Part shown: piece after piece, positions 1 to 11,468 of the stretch
Layout of the letters: every line of letters begins with the position of its first letter
How positions within the stretch are numbered: position 1 is the first letter of the stretch
DNA from: Naegleria gruberi
Taxonomy: Eukaryota
DNA length: 64,000 nt
Assembly: GCA_000004985.1 (NCBI GenBank)
Contig: GG738867.1
Reading direction: 5' to 3' (one strand)
The notes under the pieces: generated by a model
Seen by the model: the letters and a program-made list of their open reading frames with translations, nothing else
The model's database searches: none
What the model was told of the DNA's origin: nothing
Translations under genes and position numbers: made by a program

Positions 1-704
1 ACACGTTAAGAGATTTTTAAAAAAATTTTAATCGACTCATCCAGAACCTTCACGTGTCATCACAAAGCTCCATTTTCTTGGTGATACACAATTTGCGTCC
101 TGACGACGTCAACGTTCCTATTGTCTTGAACTTATTAATAAACCAACAATAAGAATACAACAACCACAAACACCATGGTTAATATATTCAGTAAGTGTGT
201 GCTGCTTGATTTCAGTCCGTTTAACTTTTTATTCGAATATTACTTCATATCTACATTTTATCATCATCAAACTCTAAATTAATTATCTAATTCATCACCA
301 CTCTCTTCATCATTCTAACAACACGTTATCACTCTCTATCCAATAACGATCTATTCTGTATTTTCATATCTATTTTTGTGGATTACACTTTGACTAACCA
401 ACAACATTTTGATAACATAACTTTACCACAACATATTCAACAATAACAAAATCTTACCATTATCACTACGATAACCACTCACAACAATTCACTTCTAATA
501 ATCATCATACCGTCTACTTCATATCATGTTCCATGTTCTCCACCAATTATAACCGTTTCATTCAACTTTCATCAACTTGTCAACGCTGCGAACAACTCCT
601 TCATCATTTAATACCATTCTTCTAATCCTGTTGAATAATAATAATAATAATATTACTGCATAACCAACAACAAATCTAATTTATTTTCAATTGAAATATA
701 ATAG

Positions 705-2659
705 AGAAGAAAAAGGTGTTTGGCTTACCACTCGAACAAGCTATTAAACAATCACCCATTCTCAATGGTTTACCATTTCCATTGACTAGATGTGTTGATG
801 CTGTGGAAAGATATGCACTCCATGAAGAGGGTATTTATAGAAGAGCAGGTGCCAAGAATTCCATTGAAGCCTTAGTTAAAGCCTACGATACTGGAAAAGA
901 TCCAGATCTACAAGCTCAAGACCCTTACACTGTTTGTTGTGTATTGAAGGAGTACTTGAAGAAATTACCAGAACCACTCACATCCTATGAATTATATAAT
1001 GATTTTATGGAGATTGGAAGAACTAGAAAGAACAAACCAAGAGAAGCTAGTGCAGATGAAATGAGACGATTGATAGAGAAATTACCAGAAAGTTGTCGAT
1101 ATGTCTTGTATTTTGTTATTAGACATTTACAAGCTGTTGCTCAACATCATGATGAGAACAAAATGAGTATTACTAACTTGTCAATTGTTTTTGGTCCTAA
1201 TTTGTTCCGTTCTCTAAATGACAGTCCAACTGCAATGCTTGGTGATGTTTCTCATCAAGGATATTGTGTCGATTTATTAATTAGAGAATCTGATACCGTG
1301 TTTGGATCAATTGCTGTTGATAATAAGAAGATTGCTGTTATGGATGATCCTCTTTCACAATTCACAGCTGCTCACTCTCCAGCTGCAGAAAAACCAAAAG
1401 CTGGTGATACTGATAATTCTCCTGGAAATAGATCTTCAAGAAGATTTGGTGGAGGACAAGATAAGAGAAAGGGTCTCTCACTCATTGAATTAAAATTGAA
1501 TGAAGACTCTCCTGCATCTGCTGGTAGAGGATTGTTTAGACCAGAGAGTACAAGAATTATTTTTAATGATGACAACAAATCAAAGCAAGTTACCTATTCT
1601 ACCGATGACATTACTCAATTAGTGAAAAATATTGTTAATGAAACTTTGGACGAATCTGCTCACAAGGCATTTAAGAGAACTTTGAATGATGGTTATTCCA
1701 TGTTGAGACCTCCTAAGAAGGCCTCATGGAAATCAGAAGAACCTGAGGATACATCAATTTATGCCACTAACAATAGTCAACGTAGATCATCTGCTGTTGA
1801 AGAATATACCAAAGACTTGGATCACGCTTCGGATGTAACCTCCCCTGCTGAAGATGATTCTTCCACACATGACACTAATTCGAATTCACACAAAGATATT
1901 GAGCCACTAACAGAAGAAACAATCAAAAAACTTGAATCACATCCAATAGATATTAACTCTCCAATTGAATCAATCAATGCAAGATTAACCATCAAAAGAG
2001 GTTACTACTCTCAAACAGTTTTCAAAGGTCTAGATACTACAAGGGTAGATGAGAAATGGAATGTAAACCAATTGTATCTAGAAAAAACAATTATCAGAGA
2101 GGAAATATATAATTTTGAAGAGGCCTACAAGAAAGCCAAACATTCTCAACCAACAAAAGAAGTTAAAGAGCACTTGAGGCCAATTTACCAACGATATTAC
2201 CAAGCTAGAGACCTTTATGAATTATTCGAATCTAAAAACAGATCATTCCTCTCACAAATGAGTATGGAATCACCTTTACATCAAGTTGCTGTTTTTAAAC
2301 GAAACAGTTATTCCCATAAGAATGGAAATAGATTAAGTAACAATCCGTATATGGACGGAAGAAGATCTATTTCATTCTCACTTAGAGGAAAATCATCACA
2401 AATTCAATCACCAGAATTTAAACAAATACTCCTTAAAAACCCAGATTATGCAGAGATGAGAAACAAAAAGCAACAACTGAAGAAATCCCTTTTAACATTT
2501 GAAAAACAATTCAAAGACACTCACAAACGAAAGATGAAATACAAGAGTGACTGGGGAGAAAACTCTCAACTCTTTGATGAGTATAAACTCATCCGAAGAA
2601 AAATGGTAGAGTTTGCCCTGAAACATTCAAGATCAAGAAATCACAATCATGATGAATAG
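705..2659 (+). CDS. RhoGAP-domain protein. The main exon has an acceptor at 703-704. The ORF-track 'M' at 716 is really GTG(Val) of the conserved VFGLPLE motif. A putative 5' mini-exon lies at 175-190 (ATGGTTAATATATTCA|GTAAGT).
   Basis: Read from translation: RhoGAP signature VFG.PLE...GIYR.AG......L....D.......D...V...LK.YL..LPEPL...LY..F...IVFGPNLFR; arginine finger present (GIYRRAG). Frame is open upstream of 716 to 695 with no ATG; phase-compatible donor/acceptor pair found. Confidence 0.75.
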
Positions 2660-2896
2660 TGACTACACTGATCATCATGATTGAGAGATCTTCATGCATG
2701 TTTTAAATCTTTCGTTGGATTAGTCTTGTAATCCAACATAATAATGGATCGTTAACAAATATTTGTTTCATTCAGTACTATGTATAACAATTTCAATAAA
2801 TGATAAACACCTCTGTCTTAATAAATGAATATCAATAGAATAAAGAGCAGAAGAATAAACCCAGATAGATTATTGAACTATTTCACATTTAAAATT

Positions 2897-3853
2897 CTAC
2901 TTGTCACTCTTAGGTGTTTTAATTTCATTTCTGGATGATTCTTTGGTGGGGTTTGGACTAGCCCTAACCGATGTAAGAGGAGTAGTTGAAATCCAATGTG
3001 GAGGACGCATTCCACCAGCAATGCTTGTAATTGGCATTGGAATTGAAGTTGGCATCGGAGGGATAGGAGTAAAGGCAATGCAATCTCCTTGTATCATGTG
3101 CATTTCAAATGATTCCATATCATGAACCATATAAACATTCTTGTTACAAACATTACAAAATCTGACATTAGAAATGGATGGTAACTGATTGAATTGCAAT
3201 GGACATTTGTAAATAAATTCGCAATTCTCAATGTATACTTGTTGCTCTACTGTTTTTGCAAATTCAGGAGTGTCAATAATAAAGTTTTTCCCGTGCAATT
3301 TGATATGTTTCATTCTACGTCTCAGTACATGCATCCAATTTTTAACATTTAGATTCTTTCCAAATTTAGGGAAACAATATTGAACCAGAGGTGCCCAAAT
3401 CAATTGTTGAACTCTTTCAAACTCCATTACTTCATCCTTATCATAATCCATTTGTCCAATGCCATTTTCTTCCAATGAATTTCCTCCAAAATTCTTTTCC
3501 AAATTAAATAATAATTTCAAAGAATGTGAATCCACTTGTGAAAATTCATTCAAATCTCGCAATGGCAAATACCGTGCTATATGTATAGTAATTTCATCAA
3601 TAAATATATCCTTAATTGTTGTTATTGTTGGCAATTTCTTAGCAGTTTGTTTACTATTTTCAGTTTGTTGTTTCATGTTCTTGCTGTCTGTTGTTGAACA
3701 TGAGGAATTGTTTTCTAATTGGGCGAGATCATCCACTACTTGTGATGAATTGTTTGTAGATGATTGTTTCAACCAGCCAATAAAATTGGACATTTTTTTA
3801 GAGATGTTTGGAGGGGACAAGTGAGTGACAGATGTGAGATTTGTTGTTATCAT
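2897..3853 (-). CDS. Hypothetical protein with an F-box-like N-terminal motif and a Cys-rich C-terminal region
   Basis: True ATG at 3853. Motif IKDIFIDEITIHIARYLPLRDLNEF is F-box-like. CxxC pairs (CNVCNK, QGDC) suggest Zn binding. No confident family assignment. Confidence 0.4.
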   Translation of the reverse strand: MITTNLTSVTHLSPPNISKKMSNFIGWLKQSSTNNSSQVVDDLAQLENNSSCSTTDSKNMKQQTENSKQTAKKLPTITTIKDIFIDEITIHIARYLPLRDLNEFSQVDSHSLKLLFNLEKNFGGNSLEENGIGQMDYDKDEVMEFERVQQLIWAPLVQYCFPKFGKNLNVKNWMHVLRRRMKHIKLHGKNFIIDTPEFAKTVEQQVYIENCEFIYKCPLQFNQLPSISNVRFCNVCNKNVYMVHDMESFEMHMIQGDCIAFTPIPPMPTSIPMPITSIAGGMRPPHWISTTPLTSVRASPNPTKESSRNEIKTPKSDK

Positions 3854-4243
3854 TCATATCTTTTAGCATGATGGTAATTATCTTTGGAATGATTAGCCAT
3901 TTTTTAGTATCCTTCATGAGTGAAATATGGATAGCAGGAATTGATATTCAGAAAACCAAATCAAAGTATATATACACAATTTCTAAACATTAAAAAGGAG
4001 AGACATGGTTGATAAATAATATCAATAAGAAAACAAATTCCAAAGTCTCACTCACTCCAATATTGAGGAAGGAAATTGAATTTAGCAACATTTAAGAATC
4101 TCATTATTCCTCAATACATTAAAAATTAGCGCTACAGATTCTTGCTTTTCTCCATTTTTGGACATATTTAGGGCAGATCTTCTCGGTCAACTTGGTAATT
4201 GTAATCTCTAGTTTTTTATATTAGCAGCAAGAAGGTTAAAAAA

Positions 4244-5227
4244 ATGAATCTAAAGCAACTTGCCAGAATCCTTTCCAAGTATTCTTCAAATACAACAGTT
4301 TGTGCTCAATTTTTGAACATTAATGTCAAGTCAACAAGTAGTAGTAGATTCTTCTCTCAGAAATGTCAAGTTTCTAAAGAATCCGATCGTCATAATGACA
4401 TAAAATGTATGTATTCAATGGCGTCTAGTATGAAAGCAGTGAAAAGCTATCAAGAGGCTCTTGAATTCTATCAAAAAATTATTCAGGTTTCCAAAACAAG
4501 TCATCATCATGAACACATTGGAAATTCTCAACAGGGACACATAGTGGGGATGTCTTGGTTAGAATCTGGAAATTGCTTGAATTCTCTGAATAGATATGAA
4601 GAAGCTTTGAATTGTTTCTCAACCATCTTAAATTTCCATCCAAACACTTTTTATCAAATATTGGGACATTATGGAAGAGCTACCTGTTATTTCAATATGG
4701 GAAAGTATAGAGAAGCATCTCATGACTATTCTCAAACTATTCTGCTATTTGCATCTAAAAAATCAACTCAGCAACATGTCATTGATTCAAGTTTGTGTTA
4801 TTATCATAGAGCTCTGTGTCATCTCAACTTGAATGAGTATCAACAAGCTATTAGTGATTTCTCTGTACTACTCCGTGACAGTTCAGAAGAGGAAATTATT
4901 GAACTAGAGTCTAATTTAGCATTGGAAAATGAGGATAAGAAATTAGTAGTCTTCTTTTCAAGGGCAAATGCTTTCATTCATGCCAACAAGCTGAAGCGAG
5001 CACTTGATGACATAAATCGTGGTATTGTACTTCACGAAAAACAAATCCGACATCATAATGTCCAACCACATGAATTGTATAGAATCAAAGCAGAGATACT
5101 GTATAGCATGAAAGAGTTTAACAAGTCTCGTGACAATTTATTGAAAGCCATTCAATTGAATCCAACAGACGAGAAAGCTCAATTATCCTTGTCTTTACTG
5201 AATAGTAGTTTGAAAATGGATAACTGA
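4244..5227 (+). CDS. TPR-repeat protein
   Basis: True ATG at 4244. Repeated 34-aa units with the A/G/Y/F pattern (EEALNCFSTILNFHPNTFYQILGHYGRATCYFNMGKYREASHDY...). Confidence 0.55.
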   Translation: MNLKQLARILSKYSSNTTVCAQFLNINVKSTSSSRFFSQKCQVSKESDRHNDIKCMYSMASSMKAVKSYQEALEFYQKIIQVSKTSHHHEHIGNSQQGHIVGMSWLESGNCLNSLNRYEEALNCFSTILNFHPNTFYQILGHYGRATCYFNMGKYREASHDYSQTILLFASKKSTQQHVIDSSLCYYHRALCHLNLNEYQQAISDFSVLLRDSSEEEIIELESNLALENEDKKLVVFFSRANAFIHANKLKRALDDINRGIVLHEKQIRHHNVQPHELYRIKAEILYSMKEFNKSRDNLLKAIQLNPTDEKAQLSLSLLNSSLKMDN

Positions 5228-5294
5228 GAATGTAAAATAAATTAAAATGCAATGTTTTTTTCAAAATAACCAAACCCACAGCGCAGTAAAAGAT

Positions 5295-5368
5295 TGCCTC
5301 CCTTGGGAATCGAACCCAAGACCTCTGTCTTACTAGGACAGCGCTACTGCCAACTGAGCTAGGAAGGC
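5295..5368 (-). tRNA. tRNA-Thr (anticodon AGU)
   Basis: Reverse complement folds as a cloverleaf: acceptor GCCTTCC/GGGAGGC, anticodon arm CTGTC-CTAGTAA-GACAG (U33, AGT at 34-36, A37), T-arm TTGGG-TTCGATT-CCCAA, discriminator A. Length 74 nt. Confidence 0.8.
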
Positions 5369-5488
5369 TTACATTCATGATGAAAATCTGTTTTATAGAT
5401 TTTTGGAGTATGAGTAAAAATAGGATTAAATTCAAATAGCACGACTTATTGTCCTCAAACTTTTGTGTTTACGTTTAATAAAACAAAA

Positions 5489-7325
5489 ATGAACATTAAG
5501 GAAAGCGAAAAGAATGCTGATCAAAATTCTGTAAGGTTCACCTCTGTAGCACTATCAAACACTTTTAGAATACAAAAATTGAAGATCGGAACAAGAAATA
5601 CTAAAAACAACTCATCAGGGACCCTTATTGATTCCAATCCTAATCAAGATCAAGAGGAGGAAATAATTATGATTCCAAAAAGCAAAAACTCGTCAAAACA
5701 GCATCAAATTCCATCTTCTCCAAAAGTTACAAATTACGTTTCAAATCATGTAAATAGAATGGTTGCATTTCCTCAAAATCTTCATCAACAACAGAAGAAA
5801 AACCGATCAAAATATGCTCTCCTATTGCAATCATTAGATTCCGATTCAATTTGGAATATTTTGGATTTCTATGGTGGAGAATGCAACAAATCACTTTCAA
5901 CACCCAATGGAAAGATAATGATTAAGGAATTTATTAGGAGATATTATGGAAGATTTAAGGATAGATTGGTGAGATTCATGTTCAGATTTATAAGAATCGA
6001 TTTCAGACATGTTAATTCACCTTCTGAAATAATTAGTCTAATTTCAATACCATTACTTTCTCTTGATGAATTTAAATTCAATAAGAATAATTCCGCCACA
6101 AAGTATATTTTTAATTTATTCGAAATATCAAAGATGGAAATGCAGAAGAAGGATTGGGTGAATTCCTATAGAATGATTATTGAGAGGAGATTCTTGAGAT
6201 TTACAGATTTGATTGAGAATCAATTAGGAAAAATAGTGGAATTGGATGTTACTGGAACCTATTTATATAAATGCCCTAAATTACTGGAATTTATCATTTC
6301 GAAATGTTCAAATCTTAAAACTTTTAAAGGGGAAGATGATCTAACGGATAATGTTCGGTTTTACAATATTGAAGAATATTATGAAAAGTTTCCAAAAGAG
6401 TTTTTCAAAGCATTTGAGAGTAATGGTCACTCGTTAAAGCACCTCTCATGGAATGGGTCACCTATGCAATTTGAGATGAGTTGGTGGACAAGAGGTTTGG
6501 AGTTTTTGGACCTTAGTAAGTATTTTCACAACTATTTACATTTTGACATTGAAAGGAGGGTATTATTCATTTGCATTGATTCAATCTCTCTTTGTAAATT
6601 GGACCAATTTGAAAGTGTTGAAAATTAAGAGATTAAGAAAGTTTGGAGGAAGTTTTGCAAAAAATGATGAGAACGAAGAGGCAGAATGTTTATCTGAAAT
6701 GATTAATTTTGTTAGGAATATGCACTTGTTGCGACATTTAGAATTTGGAGATGATATTTCACCACAAGATTTTGAACAATTAGCCGGAAAAACTTCTATC
6801 GAATCATTTTCACTTCAGTTATATAGTAGAAACATGTATTGTGATTCATACTTTCAAGTCATTTCCTCCTTTAGAAATTTGAAACAATTATCAATTGCTT
6901 TGACTTGTAAATTAAGCAAATCTGTGTTGAAAGTAATTGGATCAATGAAACTGGAACAATTTAAAATACTAGAAACTGAATTTTATGAAGAACCAGAAGA
7001 GTTGGAAGATACAGATATTGAGAGTCAATCAGAGGAATCAAGAACAGATCCAATCGAACATTTTGAATTGGTTGACATTTTGGATATGATTTCAAACCTT
7101 TCCAATCTTCAACTATTTTCGATCAATATTTCGAAACATTTAGAAAGAGATGTGTTGAATTATTTTCAAGATTATGAAAGTTACAAGACCATCAAAGCAT
7201 TCAATGGGAGATATACTAACTCGTCAGAAGGTTATACATTGGATGTTTATGGAGTTGTCAATATGTGTGATGTTATTCATTCCGATAGTAAGTTGTTTAA
7301 AATGAAATCCTTGTCTCAAGTTTAA
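5489..7325 (+). CDS. Leucine-rich-repeat (RNI-like) protein, two exons. The intron donor is at 6516 (GTAAGT). The acceptor is at either 6555 (40-nt intron) or 6615 (100-nt intron).
   Basis: The ORF-track start at 5465 is GTG; the first ATG is at 5489. Two ORFs in different frames are joined phase-correctly by GTAAGT...AG. The downstream part carries LxxLxxLxL repeats (NWTNLKVLKIKRL, NLKQLSIALT, NLSNLQLFSINIS). Confidence 0.5.
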
Positions 7326-7590
7326 TAGTTTATGCAACTTTTGAATTGGAACGATTGAGAGAAGGAGCAGTGCACAATAAGCTCTACCTCAATCAATCCT
7401 CTCACCGACAAGTATATTCTTTGTAAATATTTCACTTTAGTTGTACAACTCCTATGAAAATCTTATTTCGTGGAGATTGCTGGATAAATTGCGAAACAAA
7501 TAATAAAGCCGCAATGGAATGCCAACTCCGTCTCCTATGAATGGTTCAAAATTTACAATTCCTTTATTAATAAGGTAAATAAAGGATCAA

Positions 7591-9326
7591 TTAAATACAA
7601 TTTGTACAGGAGGAAATAAAACCCTTATCTGGTTGGTATCTACAAAGTGTACATCTAGCTCTTCTGTTAATATCCAAAGTGCCAACATCCATGACATTAT
7701 GTACAACAAGAAACTGCAAATCGTCAATGATTTGTCTGGTCTTTTTGATCATGGTATGGTCTTTTGAAATCATGTAAGAGAACAAGTCTTTTGGGAGTGG
7801 ATACTCCGGGTGCTCCCTTTTAGATTTTTCCACAGCCTTTTTTAGAGACATGTATTGCAAAAATCCAATGTCTGAACTGGAGCCACTCGATGCCTTGATA
7901 TTCTTAACTATTGGCACCATTTCCTTGAATAATCTTTCAATGTCCAAAAGTCTAGAAATTGGAACGCTTGGGTATGTTTGCTGATTTTCAGAATTAATGA
8001 GACAAGTAGCAAATCCACAATATGGTGATGGTCGAATATTGTAATTTCCCTTTCCAAGAACTGATAGGAATGGTTCCAAAATCATTCCCACACTGGCAGG
8101 GAAAAAGTCATCCAATTTAATTTGTCCCTTAGTATCTTCCTCAATTAATTTTAGCAACTCCAAAGGATCCACATTGAAAGACTCGTCAACTTCATTAAAA
8201 GGTACAGCACATCTAATAAACATGAGTAAATCAGATGATTATCAAAACTTACTTTTTAAATTGTTTCATGATTTGGTTTGGTGTTCTCTCAGCCTCGATA
8301 ATAATAAATCTACAAAATCCCTTCATTGGAAAACGAAGTAAATTCAAAATTGAATCCAACTTTGGGAATGGTCGACTGACAACAATTCTGACAATTATTG
8401 TCAAATTGGTAATTTGTTTCAATATCAAAAACGCATTGTTCAACTCTAAAGCAGTTTGCTTTTCAATTCCTTTTTGAAGGAATATTTGTACAGATGGGTG
8501 AATACGAGGATTCAACAAGCAGGTATCGTCCAGCTTTGAAAGTTGAACAACTCTATCAAATGATAACTCTAAAACTATTGGATTATCCTTTGGTACATTG
8601 GCAAGAATCAAATTCACCTTCCTATTCAAAGTGACCATATCTTCCACTAATTTTCCATTCACTCTAATTATTACCTGTAATTTTAATTTATCAATTAATG
8701 AACATTTAATTATAAATATATTATTAATAATTAATAATCATAATTAAACATACATTCTTATCTTTTGGTATTAATTTCATAGTTTCCTTGATGGAATGCA
8801 AAATATGTTGGTCAGGAATAAATTGTTCCTCCGAATAAACATCCAAATCAACCATGAGTGGTGTGTTCTCTATTATTGTTCCATCATTATGAATCTGTTT
8901 TTCCAACTCTTCAATATCTGGATTGAAATTAGGTTTTGATTCTAGAATATCGGGAGAGTAATCCAACGTCTTCATGAAGAAATCAAAACTAGAACTAATT
9001 TTAATTTCCTGATTGCCATGTTCTTGACACTTAATTACTAGCCAAATATCATCCTTCCTCTTTACTATGTGACCTTCTTTCCAATGTTCCTTTTCCAATC
9101 CCTTTCCATCTTCAACAAACGAACAAATTGGGCAAATTGTTTGAGTTAGAAATAATATATTAATATCGGCCTCTGTTGATGATGATGATGGAGGTACCAA
9201 GAGGAGTGATGGTGAATTCACCAACCCACTATTACCACTCGATGATGAGGTGGCAGGAGAGGAGGGTGCCGATTGAGACCCTTTCGATGACTTGGAAGAT
9301 TTTTTGAAAGGGCTCCAAGAGAACAT
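7591..9326 (-). CDS. Three-exon gene for a hypothetical Cys-containing protein. Exons are 9326..8754, 8674..8253 and 8212..7591; the introns are 79 and 40 nt.
   Basis: True ATG at 9326. Junctions AAT|GTATGT...TTACAG|GTA (phase 0) and AA|GTAAGT...TTATTAG|A (phase 2) restore a continuous reading frame across three track ORFs. CxxC motifs at the N-terminus (CPIC) and C-terminus (CTLCRY..CTNC). No family recognised. Confidence 0.55.
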
Positions 9327-10173
9327 TTTTTCAATTTGTGTTTTCTTGCTATGATGATAATCAACGTGATGAGGCGTAGCAAGAAGATATCGTTTTTATT
9401 AATCGGGTTGAAATTTTGGATGAGATTGAAGTAATATTAATGATGATCTATACAATGAAACATTCAGAATTGAATTGTTGTTTTGTATTGTTATGAAGTA
9501 GTAGTTTGGAGATTTTGCAACTCCTCAATATTCTCCAAAGATCTAAATGAGACCCACGCTTCTCTCCTTATAATATCTTGGCAACAATACTGTAATAATC
9601 AATCTCTCTCGCACTGAGAGTGATTTATTACAGTAGTTAAAAAGGATTTATTTGTTATTGCAAATCTTTTCAAAGATTTAAGGTATTTTAATCGAATGCA
9701 ACTCAAAAATCTTTGTATTAATCTTTCGATATTTCTCATTCCATCACCTTCCTAGTTGACTGATAAGATCTTATTAATAGTGATGGAAGGGAGGATTTGA
9801 ATTTCTCTCGGTTATTGGTGTGTTTCTCGAAAAAGGTTCCTTCCAAAAAACCCTGGCCGGAGTTTCATCCCCGGACGCTTTGCTTTTCTTCACAAAACGG
9901 TGAACAGAGAATTTGCCTCCAAAAGCATAGGAGAAAAAATACACGCAACACCACAACCCCTCTCTGTTCTTCTCGTTCAACAACCGCTCCTCTCTTTTTC
10001 CTCTGAGAACATACGTTGTGGCTGAAAGCCGTTCAAAAACATTAACAATCCATACAAAACATCAAATCTTTTAACAAGAGCGTTACGAGGTAGCAACCAT
10101 CTTCATCAAACGTGAAAAACTTCCCAACAACAAGAACAATAGTTTTTTTTATTTATTACTTCATCATATAAAA

Positions 10174-11322
10174 ATGTCTTCAATCCACCTTACAAGATTG
10201 AATCCACCACCATCCACAGCTTCAGATATTCTATTCTTGGGCTTTAATCAAGACAATAGCTGCATGGCAGCAGGTGTATCCAACGGTTTTCGTATATATA
10301 ATTGCGATCCATACAAGGAAACCTTCAAGAGAGAATTTTCTGGTTCTATCGGTATGGTAGAAATGCTTTTCCGTTGCAATATTCTTGCCATTGTAGGTGG
10401 AGGCACTGAACCAGCTTTTAATAAGAACAAGGTTATTCTCTGGGATGATAATCAATCTGCTCCTATTGGAGAATTAACATTTAAATCAGAAGTGAAAGCA
10501 GTCAAATTACGAAGAGACAAGATTGTTGTCGTCCTCGATAAGTATGTCTACGTATACAACTTTGATAAGTTGGAGAGAATTAGAAAGTTTGAAACTTACA
10601 AGAATCCAAAAGGTCTTGTGGCCTTGAGTCCTTCTGATGATTGTGTGTTAGCCTTCCCAAATACTACCAAGGGTACTGTTCGTGTTGAATTACTCGATCA
10701 AGATAACTCTATCATTATCCCAGCCCACGATGGTGTCATTAACTGTATAGCATTAAATTCCGATGGTACGAGACTTGCTACTGCCTCAGAAAAGGGTACA
10801 TTGATCCGTATCTTTGACACTAAGAAGGGAACCAAATTACAAGAAGTGAGACGTGGTGCTGATAAGGCTGATATTTATTCTATTTCATTCTCTCCAGACT
10901 CTCTATTCTTCTGTGCTTCCAGTGACAAGGGAACTATTCACATTTTTGCCAATAATACTGGAACAGGTGCCAACTACCAAGTCAATCCATCTAACATTAA
11001 CAATAATAACCAACCAACACAACAAAATTCTATCCAACAACAACCTACCACCAGTACACCAACAGGCTCATCCCCAGACCAAATTACAAATCGTAAATCG
11101 AAAATGTCATTCTTTGGAGGATATTTTGGGTCCGAATGGTCTCATTCTTGGTACAAAGGTCCTGAGTGTCCTTCTATAGTTTGTTTTGGCCTTGATAGCC
11201 GTTCTATCATTGTTTTCACTGCTGAAGGTTCATATATCAAGTTAGTTTTTGATCCAAAGAAGGGAGGAGAATGTCAAAGAAAATCTTTTGCTCGGTATGC
11301 CAAGCCAAACAAGAATCACTAA
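10174..11322 (+). CDS. WD40 beta-propeller PROPPIN (Atg18/WIPI-like phosphoinositide-binding protein)
   Basis: True ATG at 10174. WD-like blades and the diagnostic L-x-E-[FV]-RRG motif (LQEVRRGADKADIYSISFSPD) typical of Atg18/Atg21/Hsv2/WIPI. Confidence 0.7.
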   Translation: MSSIHLTRLNPPPSTASDILFLGFNQDNSCMAAGVSNGFRIYNCDPYKETFKREFSGSIGMVEMLFRCNILAIVGGGTEPAFNKNKVILWDDNQSAPIGELTFKSEVKAVKLRRDKIVVVLDKYVYVYNFDKLERIRKFETYKNPKGLVALSPSDDCVLAFPNTTKGTVRVELLDQDNSIIIPAHDGVINCIALNSDGTRLATASEKGTLIRIFDTKKGTKLQEVRRGADKADIYSISFSPDSLFFCASSDKGTIHIFANNTGTGANYQVNPSNINNNNQPTQQNSIQQQPTTSTPTGSSPDQITNRKSKMSFFGGYFGSEWSHSWYKGPECPSIVCFGLDSRSIIVFTAEGSYIKLVFDPKKGGECQRKSFARYAKPNKNH

Positions 11323-11468
11323 GTTACTGCTGGGGGGTTCCCCACTCGATCGAATAAACCACTTTCGATTCTTTTGTACAAATTAATTTATGTATTGAAC
11401 AAGTTTTAAGTAAGCCAATAACAACTTTTCCCAATTCCAATAACCTTGTGAAATATTTCAATAATATA

